This document shows, piece after piece, positions 49,691 to 58,185 of a stretch of 64,000 nt of DNA; within the stretch, counting starts at the first letter, position 1, and the number at the start of each line of letters is the position of its first letter. The position numbers and the translations under genes were made by a program. Under the pieces are notes generated by a model. The model did no database searches. It saw only the letters and a list, made by a program, of their open reading frames with translations, and had not been told where the DNA came from. The stretch is taken from the NCBI GenBank assembly GCA_963745075.1, contig CAVUWV010000001.1:346240-410239 (forward strand). Reading direction: 5' to 3'. Source of the stretch: Candidatus Hydrogenedentota bacterium (lineage in GTDB: Bacteria; Hydrogenedentota; Hydrogenedentia; Hydrogenedentales; SLHB01).

Positions 49691-51247
49691 ATGACGGCAC
49701 TGGTTTGCTTGATTGTCTTGGCGCAGGCTCCAGTCGAGGCGCCCGAGTTCTATGCGCCGAACGAGGAACTCCATGGCTACCTGATGGAGGCGATGGAGAA
49801 CAACCCCGGTCTGCACGCGCGCTACACCGAGTACCTGATGGCGCTGCAGAAGATCCCACAGGTGACGTCGCTGGACGATCCCATGTTTACGTACGGGCAG
49901 TTCCTTCAATCGGACGTGAATCGGTTCAAGGCGATGGTCCAGCAGAAGTTCCCGTGGTTTGGCACGCTCAAAACGCGGGGCGAGAAAGCAGCGGCAGAAG
50001 CGGATGCGCGTCTGCAACGGTTCTTCGACGAACGGAACCGGATCGGTATGGCCGTGAAGAAGGCGTACTTCGAGTATGCGTTCCTTGGGGAAAGCATCAA
50101 TGTGACGCAGGCCCAAGCGGACGTGTTGTCGTACATGGAAGACACGGTGCGGGCCAAGTATTCTCTTGGATTGGCCAATCAGGATGACTTGGTGCGCGTC
50201 TCGATCGAACAGACGAAACTGCAAGATCGATACGATGGGTTCGTGCGCCTCAAGCCGGCGTTGATGGCGAATTTGAATGAAGTGTTGGGACGAGAACCCA
50301 CCAGCGAGATTCCTTGGCCGCAGAAGGCTGAATTTCCTCCCGATCTGCCGCCGCCGCCGATCGTTCTGGCGCGTGTGCGGGCTGCGAATCCGCAATTGCG
50401 GGCCTTCGACTCGGAAATCGAGAGCTGGGAAAAGGCGACGGAGCTTGCGAAAAAGAAGGGGCTTCCGGACTTCACCGTGGGCCTTGAATATGTCTCGATC
50501 AGCAAACCCCGGCAGATTCGTCCCGACCGGCCGTACCCGGCGACACTGAACGCTCTCAATCGGCGGCGTATGACCGCGGCGAATGCGGCTCGGACCGATA
50601 TTCAGGCGCTCAACAACGTTTTGCAGGGCCAGCCGGCGCAGTTTTCAGCGCTGGAGCGTGGCGTTACGCCGGCGATCGACGCCTATTCGATTGCGACGTA
50701 CGACGAACCTATGGCGTACTCCGACGGTGGGGAGGACAACATCGCGTTGTCGTTGACGGTTAACGTTCCCATTTGGAGGAAGAAAATCCGGGCGGGCATT
50801 GAAGAAGCGGAACTCGGGCAGAGTATGGTAGCGGACACGAAACACCAAAAAGCGCTGTCCCTTTCGAGTGCAGCCCAAATGGCGGCGTATCGTTTTGACG
50901 ACGCAAAACGGAGATACAATCTCTATGAAGATTCGCTGATCCCACAGGCACAGCAAGCGTACGAAGACTTACAAAGTCAGTACGGCACGACCGAGTTGGG
51001 CTCGGGCCTGGCTGCAGCGAGTTTCATCGATGTTCTGGATAGTGTCCAGACCTTGCTCAGCTTTGAACTCGACCAAGTTCGGGCGGAGCGGGATTGGCAA
51101 ATCGGCGCGGCGGAACTCGAGTACTTGATGGGAGGGCCGTGGGCTGCGGACTCCTCGGGCGAGGTAAAGGAAAAGGAAGCCGAGCCTGCGGGACCTACTC
51201 AAGTTGACGCGACAGATTCGAGTGAGGACTCTCAAGCGTCGCAATAG
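49691..51247 (+). CDS. TolC-family outer-membrane efflux protein (CusC-like)
   Basis: 518 aa, signal peptide, two OEP repeats. Confidence 0.8.
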   Translation: MTALVCLIVLAQAPVEAPEFYAPNEELHGYLMEAMENNPGLHARYTEYLMALQKIPQVTSLDDPMFTYGQFLQSDVNRFKAMVQQKFPWFGTLKTRGEKAAAEADARLQRFFDERNRIGMAVKKAYFEYAFLGESINVTQAQADVLSYMEDTVRAKYSLGLANQDDLVRVSIEQTKLQDRYDGFVRLKPALMANLNEVLGREPTSEIPWPQKAEFPPDLPPPPIVLARVRAANPQLRAFDSEIESWEKATELAKKKGLPDFTVGLEYVSISKPRQIRPDRPYPATLNALNRRRMTAANAARTDIQALNNVLQGQPAQFSALERGVTPAIDAYSIATYDEPMAYSDGGEDNIALSLTVNVPIWRKKIRAGIEEAELGQSMVADTKHQKALSLSSAAQMAAYRFDDAKRRYNLYEDSLIPQAQQAYEDLQSQYGTTELGSGLAAASFIDVLDSVQTLLSFELDQVRAERDWQIGAAELEYLMGGPWAADSSGEVKEKEAEPAGPTQVDATDSSEDSQASQ

Positions 51248-51682
51248 GCAATCCGAGGAGTTCCATGCGAAGTCCCGCGTCTGTGGCATTCGCCACTGGA
51301 AGCGCGGGCTTCGCTTCCCCGGCGGGGCAACCGAAGCCAAATCACACACAAGTTCCATCCTTCCGAGTCGATTCCACGAAACTCCCGTCGGCGGACTCTG
51401 ACCATCGCTATGGTCAATTGCTGACCAAGGACCCGGTTTTGGGGCAGGGCTGGCACCTCAAAACAGGCCTAAATCACGCGAATCCTGGAGGATTTCTCTT
51501 GGCACGCGGCATGCACTCGGTCGGGTTGAGGATGGCCGATGAAGGCCGCGAGCCTCGGGGGGACCTGACGCGGACCCATCCGGACACCTCGCACAGTTTT
51601 TCCTGGCAAGGGGGTGTTCTGAATTCGCACATCGCGACAGCACCCCACATGACCTCGTTGTGAGGTTATAAGGAGAAGAGCC

Positions 51683-52060
51683 ATGAGGCGCAACCTTTAC
51701 GATCTGGGTGCATTGGCGGTTGTGGGTATTCTTGCAATCGCGCTGTTCGGCAACGTTGCCGAGGCTACAACGACCATCGACAAGGGCGACTTGGGCACGT
51801 ACCAGCGGCACGGCCGGTTCGTGCACCGGATCTTGTCGTCCACTGCGGAATGGGGTACAAGCGCGTCCCCGGCGGCGAACTCCGTAGACCGTCAAGTTCG
51901 CTATGAGAAGGGCGACCTGGGCACGTGGGTCCGTGATGGCCGGCGTGTCATGAAAGTTGCTACCGGCGCATCCGACAGGCACGACTCCGGTCGAGGATTC
52001 CATGAGGCGACCTACCGAACGGTCGACCATATCAAACATATCCACCGTTACCCTGGTTGA
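51683..52060 (+). CDS. small secreted protein with duplicated (D/E)KGDLGT(Y/W)xRxGRxV motif and His-rich C-terminus
   Basis: AAGGAG RBS. Signal peptide MRRNLYDLGALAVVGILAIALFGNVAEA. Last gene of the efflux cluster. Confidence 0.5.
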   Translation: MRRNLYDLGALAVVGILAIALFGNVAEATTTIDKGDLGTYQRHGRFVHRILSSTAEWGTSASPAANSVDRQVRYEKGDLGTWVRDGRRVMKVATGASDRHDSGRGFHEATYRTVDHIKHIHRYPG

Positions 52061-52299
52061 GACACTTCCCCATATCGCCTGGAGGCAACTCGTACCGCAC
52101 GCTCCGGTCTGGCAGAGACCGGAGCGTGCTCCGATCACGTTTCCTGTCGACACGATAGAACCCTGTGCCAGTTGTCGTCTTAGGGGGAGCAGGAATTCCG
52201 ATTCCAGACAAATTGTTTTCCCTGTATCAATGAAGTTGCACGGACATCCAACCGGATCGTACTCAGGTTCAACGTATTCACGGGCGGAGTGGTCTTGGC

Positions 52300-53286
52300 G
52301 TGAAAGAATTGTTTCTTGCCTTTGTAATTGCGAGTGTAGGGCTGTTTTCGGCATACGCTGGACCGCTGGCGTCCCTTACGTTGTTGCGCACGCTGCCGCT
52401 CCAAGGCGTGGAAGGGCGCATCGATCACTTGAGTCTGGATGCGAATGGAAGCCGGCTATTCGTGGCGGCCCTGGGGAACAACACCGTCGAAGTGTTAGAC
52501 CCTGTGAGCGGCGAGCGTGTTGGCATAATCACGGGGCCACTCGAGCCGCAAGGTGTTGTGGTTGTACCGAACTCGAGCGCCCTCGTTGTTGCCAGCGGCG
52601 CCGATGGGATGTGCCGTGTGTACGATCGATCCTTGAACCTGACGGGCACCTTGAGCGGGCTGAACGACGCCGACAATGTTCGATACGATGCGGAAGGCAG
52701 GTGTGTCTGGGTTGGTTACGGGGACGGCGCTTTAGCCGCGATCGATGTTTCCGGCGCCACGATCTCGAGGCAAATCGAACTTGACGGACATCCCGAATCA
52801 TTCCAGTTGGAAAAGGAAGGCAATCGCATTTTTGTAAATGTGCCTTCCGCACAAGGGATAGTCGTAGTCGATCGGGGGAGTTGGAAAGTTACGGCTCGCT
52901 GGCCTGTAAAGGAGGCCAAGGCCAATTTTCCCATGGCCCTGGACGAGGAGCACCACCGCTTGTTCGTTGGATGCCGTCGGCCTGCGGAGCTGCTCGTGAT
53001 CGATACGGAGTCGGGCAACGTCGTGGCGGAAACGGTGTGCAGTGGAGATGCGGATGATATCTTCTACGATGCAGTGCGCAAGAGAATATACGTTTCGGGC
53101 GGCGAAGGAAGTGTTACGGTAATCGAGCAGGCTGACGCAGACAAATACCACGTGATAGATAGGATTCCTACCGGAACCGGCGCGCGCACGTCCTTGTTCG
53201 ATCCGGCGAGCGCGTGCCTGTACGTCGCGGTTCCGCAACGGGGTGAGCAACGCGCGCACGTATTGGTATACAGGGCCCATCCTTAG
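52300..53286 (+). CDS. YncE/YVTN-family beta-propeller repeat protein (secreted)
   Basis: GTG start, signal peptide, repeated ...D..g.rlfVa..g.n.v.V.D... blades. Confidence 0.7.
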   Translation: MKELFLAFVIASVGLFSAYAGPLASLTLLRTLPLQGVEGRIDHLSLDANGSRLFVAALGNNTVEVLDPVSGERVGIITGPLEPQGVVVVPNSSALVVASGADGMCRVYDRSLNLTGTLSGLNDADNVRYDAEGRCVWVGYGDGALAAIDVSGATISRQIELDGHPESFQLEKEGNRIFVNVPSAQGIVVVDRGSWKVTARWPVKEAKANFPMALDEEHHRLFVGCRRPAELLVIDTESGNVVAETVCSGDADDIFYDAVRKRIYVSGGEGSVTVIEQADADKYHVIDRIPTGTGARTSLFDPASACLYVAVPQRGEQRAHVLVYRAHP

Positions 53287-53603
53287 GTACGGAAATCCTG
53301 TGGGGCGGCGGCACGTGTTCGTGGCCGTCCAGTGGAGTCCTCGAACCGAACTCAACGATCTCCCCGGTGTGACCTGCGAAGCGCACGTGAAACTGATGAA
53401 CGAGAAGCGCGTATGGTAGCGCATTGCGCGAACCGTGCGTTGGTGCGCACCGCTCTTGACGAGGCGGAAGGAAAGGGCGGAAGACCGCGAGATACCTGAT
53501 AGTTGAAGGCATGTGGCGATTCCCTTAGACTCGCCGGGAGATCTCAGCGGTAGCCTGTAACCGCTTTGCTTCGTAATTCCCGGAGGAGAAGGGGGCGCGA
53601 ATC

Positions 53604-54908
53604 ATGCCGAGTATTCTGCGAAGGCGAGAATTCCTGCAATCGGCTGCGGCAGCCATGTCCATTCCCATACTTGGCGCGCCACGCGTATCCGGCCAGGAGG
53701 CCGCGCCGGTTTCGCCCAGCGAACAGATCACGCTGGGTTGCATCGGGGTGGGAAACCACGGCACGACCTGGAATCTCGACGCTTTTCTCAAGATTCCTGA
53801 AGCGCGGGTGGTGGCGGTGTGCGATGTGTTTCGCGACCGGCGCGAGAATGCGCGCGATATTGTAAACAAGGCCTATGGTAACCAGGACTGCGATACGCAC
53901 GCCGATTTCCGGGAGATTCTCGCGCGGCCGGATGTCGATGCGGTGGTCATTTCCACACCCGATCACTGGCACGTGCTTTTGTCCGTCATGGGGGCCCGTG
54001 CGGGCAAGCACGTGTTTTGCGAGAAGCCGACGCTTACCGTTCAGGAAGGGCAGGTGCTCGTTGATGTGCTCGGCAAGGCGGGGGTCGTGTACCAGGGCGG
54101 CATTGAGGACCGGTCCGTTGAAATCTATCACCGCATGGCGGAGCTGGTGCGCAATGGCGCGATTGGGAAACTGCAACGCATTCTGGTGGTTCTTCCGGAA
54201 GGCGAGGTATTCGCGAAAGAGGAATCCGTGCCGGTACCGGACGGTCTCGATTACGACCTGTGGCTGGGGCCCGCCCGATTCACGCCGTACACACCGACGA
54301 AGCTCGGCGCGCAGGAGTGGCGGAACATCTGGGATTACTCGGGCGGCAAGTTGACGGATTGGGGCGCGCACCTTCTGGATACGGCGCAGGTCGCCATGTC
54401 CCAGGAACACGGCGGACCGTTGGAAGTTGACGGGAAAGGCACATTTCCCGAGGACGCGATGTCCCAAACCGCCACGGAGTACAAGATCTATTATCAATAC
54501 CCCAACGACGTGCAGATGATCGTGAAATCGGGCGGCACGGGGATCCGCTTCGAGGGCACGGACGGCTGGATCGAGAGTCCGGCATGGCGAAAACCGATCA
54601 AGGCCAGCGACCCCGGCATTTTGGAAATGGTTTTTGCGCCGAACGAGAACAAGATGTGGCCGCGGCCGTCCACCGAGCACCAGAGTTTTATCGATGGCGT
54701 GAAGGGAAGGGAAACTCCGTATTACACGCCGCTGGATATTCATCATTTGAGTATCCCGATGCACATCGGGAACATCTCGATGCGGGTGGGGCGCAAGTTG
54801 AAGTGGGACCCGAAGCGCGAGGTGTTTCCTGGGGATGACGAGGCCAACGGGTACTTGTCCCGGCCTATGCGCGAACCGTGGTCGCTGGAGAAATTGGGGC
54901 CGGCGTAA
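53604..54908 (+). CDS. Tat-secreted Gfo/Idh/MocA family oxidoreductase
   Basis: MPSILRRREFLQSAAAAMSIP Tat signal. Rossmann GCIGVGNHG. Strong RBS GGAGGAGAAGGGGG. Confidence 0.85.
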   Translation: MPSILRRREFLQSAAAAMSIPILGAPRVSGQEAAPVSPSEQITLGCIGVGNHGTTWNLDAFLKIPEARVVAVCDVFRDRRENARDIVNKAYGNQDCDTHADFREILARPDVDAVVISTPDHWHVLLSVMGARAGKHVFCEKPTLTVQEGQVLVDVLGKAGVVYQGGIEDRSVEIYHRMAELVRNGAIGKLQRILVVLPEGEVFAKEESVPVPDGLDYDLWLGPARFTPYTPTKLGAQEWRNIWDYSGGKLTDWGAHLLDTAQVAMSQEHGGPLEVDGKGTFPEDAMSQTATEYKIYYQYPNDVQMIVKSGGTGIRFEGTDGWIESPAWRKPIKASDPGILEMVFAPNENKMWPRPSTEHQSFIDGVKGRETPYYTPLDIHHLSIPMHIGNISMRVGRKLKWDPKREVFPGDDEANGYLSRPMREPWSLEKLGPA

Positions 54909-54945
54909 GACAGCAGAGACAGCAGAGACGGCAGGGACGAAACGC
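54906..54945. repeat. short tandem array of GTCC-TG family units on the minus strand (gtccctgcc, gtctctgct x2)
   Basis: Plus strand reads agacagcagagacagcagagacggcagggac, directly after the Gfo/Idh/MocA gene stop. Confidence 0.7.
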
Positions 54946-55066
54946 CGCATGTAATCCGTGATATTCGTGCCGACCATGAGCCCAAAACGTATTCTTAGTT
55001 GTGGAAACTCGTACTAAGTACAATTCTCCGCAATTAAGGGTACATTCCCAGATGCCGCTCTTACCC

Positions 55067-55101
55067 GAAGAACATCCCCCTTGATCCCCCTTCAAAGGGG
55101 G
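55067..55101 (-). repeat. 35-bp palindromic element copy 2 (inverted orientation)
   Basis: gaagaacatcccccttgatcccccttcaaaggggg is the exact reverse complement of copy 1. Confidence 0.8.
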
Positions 55102-55135
55102 AATTTGGGCTCAACTGTTTATATAGATAAACGCA

Positions 55136-55165
55136 TTGAAACACAGCCCGTATGTTGTCTATAAT
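55136..55165 (+). promoter_or_regulatory. sigma-70-like promoter TTGAAA-N18-TATAAT between repeat copies 2 and 3
   Basis: Read directly. The palindromic copy 3 begins ~37 nt downstream of the -10 box (operator-like position). The gene start is 165 nt downstream. Confidence 0.4.
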
Positions 55166-55201
55166 TGACGTGTAACACAACACGGAGTGTTGTGCGGAAT
55201 T

Positions 55202-55234
55202 CCCCCTTTGAAGGGGGATCAAGGGGGATGTTAT
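55202..55234 (+). repeat. 35-bp palindromic element copy 3 (direct orientation)
   Basis: ccccctttgaagggggatcaagggggatgttat. Forms an inverted pair with copy 2 around a 100-bp spacer. Confidence 0.8.
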
Positions 55235-55330
55235 CTCGCGCCAGAGCATACGTGATGTATCCTTAATCATGTTGAAGTGTACTAAGTCCCGTCGTACGGG
55301 GTGGAAATGCGGTGATCGCAGGGAGTCATT

Positions 55331-57883
55331 ATGTACAAGTCTTGCCCAAGCTTCGTAAGTCTTCTGGTTGGATTGATGTCCGTGCTGTTTGTCGCGCAGG
55401 CTCCGGCAGACGGGACGCAGATCGATCTGACGCGTCCTGATGCGGCGAAGAAATGGGTGTTCTCCGATGCGAACGGCGCGATTTCGGAGGGGGAACTCGT
55501 GCTGGACGGACGAACGGCGCCGACCAAGGCTTTTTACCTGCCGTACGCGTGGTCTGACGTCACGTTGAAGGCGGAGTTTAACGTCGATCCCCAGGAGTCG
55601 GGCGTGTTGGCGTGTGGGTTTGTCGTTCATGCGGCGGACGCCTCTCATTATTACTACGTTCACTACGACCGTGGTCAGGCTATTCTTTGCCGTTCCGATG
55701 AAAAGGAGTCCTGGAACGAGATCAAGCGCGTGAGTGGTCTGGACAAACCAGCCGGCACCTGGCACACGGGTCAGTTGGAATGCGTGGGCGACACGATTCG
55801 CGTCTCCTTGAACGGGATGCTGCTCTACGAGGCGAAGGACGCTACGCTGAAACGCGGGCGGATCGGGTTCTATGCGGGGCAGGGCCGGGTGCACGTGCGG
55901 AACATCTTTGTCTCGGGCGCGGCCGAGAAAGCAGATACGGACTTTTCCATGCCGCCGCCTCCGCCGCCGGACTATGTGTACGTGTGCACCGACGCGGGCG
56001 CGGGCGGATACGAAGCGTTTCCCGATGTGTGCCGGCTCAGCGACGGCCGCCTGATGTGCGTGTTTTACGCGGGGTACACCCACGTTTCGATGCCGAACGA
56101 ACAACTCCCGAACGGAGGCCGGGTGGCGTATTGCCTCTCGAGCGACGAAGGGCGCACGTGGTCGCCGGCCCAGACGCTCTACGATAGTCCCGACGATGAT
56201 CGCGATCCGTCCATTGTGCAAACGTCAACGGGCCGGCTTATCTGCAGTTTCTTTTCGCTCCGCAAGGCCGAAGGCAAGACGCCGCCGTGGGACGGTTTGG
56301 GCGCCTGGATGGTCTACTCGGATGACGTGGGCAAGACGTGGTCGGAGCCGCGGCAGATTGCGAAGACGTACTATTGCAGCTCTCCGGTGCGCCAACTTAC
56401 CGACGGCCGGTTGATCCTCGGCCTCTACGCGGAGGAAAACGGGAAGGGATGGGGGGCCGTATCCATCTCCGAGGACGACGGGCTCACGTGGAGCGACGTT
56501 ATCGACATCGACAACAACGGGATGCCGCTCGACGCGGAGACGGATGTAATCGAGCTGAAGGACGGCAGTCTGTATGCCGCGGAACGTGGGCGCAGCGAAA
56601 CGATGGCGTGGTCCATGTCCAAGGATGGCGGCAAGAGCTGGAGCGTCTCCGAGGCGTACGGTTTCCCCGGGCATTGTCCCTATCTGCATCGTACGGTGAA
56701 CGACATCATCGTCATGGCGCACCGTCTTCCTCAGACGAGTCTTCGTTACAGCCTGGATGAGTGCAAGACGTGGAGCGACAGCGTGCTCGTCGATGACTTT
56801 ATCGGCGCGTATCCGTCCATGGTCGATCTGAAGGACGGCACGGTGCTCATTGTGTATTACGAAGAAGGGGGAGGTTCCAGCATTCGTGCCAAACGCTTCC
56901 TCGCTACCGCGAAAGGCATTCAATGGATGCCGGTGGACCGCGGCCAGGCGCCGGGGGCGACGCTCGTCAGCTACCACAAGATCTGGGACGAGGCGCCCCA
57001 CAACGCGTTCACCAATCTCATTCGGTATCAGGATCGGTGGTTTTGCGTGTTCCGTGAGGGGCAAGGGCACGTTTCGGATGACGGCGCGTTGCGTGTGATT
57101 ACTTCCGAGGACGGCGAGAATTGGACCTCCGCAGCCCGCATTACGTCCGATACGGCCGATCTTCGCGATGCGCAGATCTGCATCACGCCGGACAACCGTC
57201 TGATGCTGAGCGGCGCTGCGGCGCTGCATCAACCGGCCGATGCGTTTCACCAGACCATGGCGTACTTCTCGGATAGCGGGACTGACTGGACGGACGGTGT
57301 GCCGATTGGCGAGAAGGACCTCTGGCTGTGGCGGGTGACGTGGTATGACGGCAATGCCTATGGCATCGGCTACACGACCGGAAAACGATGGCCGTCCCGG
57401 TTCGTCCGGCTCTACAAGAGCGACGACGGCGTGCATTTCGAGACCCTCGTGGACAAGCTACGGGACAACGAATACTGCAACGAAAGCCAGCTTGTATTCT
57501 TGGAGGACGGGACTGCGCTCTGCCTGCTTCGGCGGGATGAAAAGGATCCCGCGCAAACCGACGGGCTTCTGGGGGAGGCGAAACCGCCGTATACCGAATG
57601 GACCTGGAAGGACGTCGGCGCGAAGATCGGCGGTCCGTGCATGATCGCGTTGCCCGACGGACGCCTGGTGGCGGCTGTGCGCCTCTACGATGAGCGCACG
57701 CGCACGTCACTCTGCTGGGTGGATCGGGAGAAGGGCACACTTACCGAATTCTTGCCGTTACCGTCCGGCGGCGACACGAGCTATCCGGGGATGGTTTGGC
57801 ATGACGGCCTGCTCTGGGTCAGCTACTACTCGTCGCATGAAGGGAAAACGAGCATTTACTTGGCCAAGGTGAAGCTCGACTGA
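55331..57883 (+). CDS. secreted DUF1080 (3-keto-disaccharide hydrolase-like) domain fused to tandem BNR/Asp-box sialidase-like (GH33-like) beta-propellers
   Basis: Signal peptide. DUF1080 jelly-roll (GRIGFYAGQGRVHVRNIFV). At least five Asp-box motifs (SDDVGKTWSE, SEDDGLTWSD, SKDGGKSWS, LDECKTWSD, SEDGENWTS). Confidence 0.75.
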   Translation: MYKSCPSFVSLLVGLMSVLFVAQAPADGTQIDLTRPDAAKKWVFSDANGAISEGELVLDGRTAPTKAFYLPYAWSDVTLKAEFNVDPQESGVLACGFVVHAADASHYYYVHYDRGQAILCRSDEKESWNEIKRVSGLDKPAGTWHTGQLECVGDTIRVSLNGMLLYEAKDATLKRGRIGFYAGQGRVHVRNIFVSGAAEKADTDFSMPPPPPPDYVYVCTDAGAGGYEAFPDVCRLSDGRLMCVFYAGYTHVSMPNEQLPNGGRVAYCLSSDEGRTWSPAQTLYDSPDDDRDPSIVQTSTGRLICSFFSLRKAEGKTPPWDGLGAWMVYSDDVGKTWSEPRQIAKTYYCSSPVRQLTDGRLILGLYAEENGKGWGAVSISEDDGLTWSDVIDIDNNGMPLDAETDVIELKDGSLYAAERGRSETMAWSMSKDGGKSWSVSEAYGFPGHCPYLHRTVNDIIVMAHRLPQTSLRYSLDECKTWSDSVLVDDFIGAYPSMVDLKDGTVLIVYYEEGGGSSIRAKRFLATAKGIQWMPVDRGQAPGATLVSYHKIWDEAPHNAFTNLIRYQDRWFCVFREGQGHVSDDGALRVITSEDGENWTSAARITSDTADLRDAQICITPDNRLMLSGAAALHQPADAFHQTMAYFSDSGTDWTDGVPIGEKDLWLWRVTWYDGNAYGIGYTTGKRWPSRFVRLYKSDDGVHFETLVDKLRDNEYCNESQLVFLEDGTALCLLRRDEKDPAQTDGLLGEAKPPYTEWTWKDVGAKIGGPCMIALPDGRLVAAVRLYDERTRTSLCWVDREKGTLTEFLPLPSGGDTSYPGMVWHDGLLWVSYYSSHEGKTSIYLAKVKLD

Positions 57884-57950
57884 TCGCGTGTTCGTCGCTG
57901 GTCCTGGCGAGCGGAGTGCGGCGCTGTTTGTATATACGTAGGCGAGCGAT

Positions 57951-57975
57951 GAAGAACATCCCCCTTCAAAGGGGG
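57951..57975 (-). repeat. 35-bp palindromic element copy 4 (inverted, truncated)
   Basis: gaagaacatcccccttcaaagggggaattc lacks the GATCCCCCTT segment. Confidence 0.7.
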
Positions 57976-58074
57976 AATTCTTCGCAACACTTTGCGTTGC
58001 GGTAAGGCATACCAGAGTTTAACGTCGAAGCATATCGCGACGCTAATACCGATAGACAAAACTGTTCGCAATTT

Positions 58075-58109
58075 CCCGCCTTCGAAGGGGGATCAAGGGG
58101 ATGTTCTTG
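58075..58109 (+). repeat. 35-bp palindromic element copy 5 (direct, slightly degenerate)
   Basis: cccgccttcgaagggggatcaaggggatgttcttg. Confidence 0.7.
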
Positions 58110-58185
58110 CTTTATGCCGACATCCGGTCCGAAACCGAGTAGTCTGGTGACGCACCGGTACGTTAGTGATTCTCTGGTTCGCCGC

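Noticed and set aside
51265-51663. 132-aa ORF between the TolC-like gene and the small secreted protein gene.
   Set aside because: No RBS, no signal or domain features, composition atypical. More likely the promoter/leader region for the 51683 gene.
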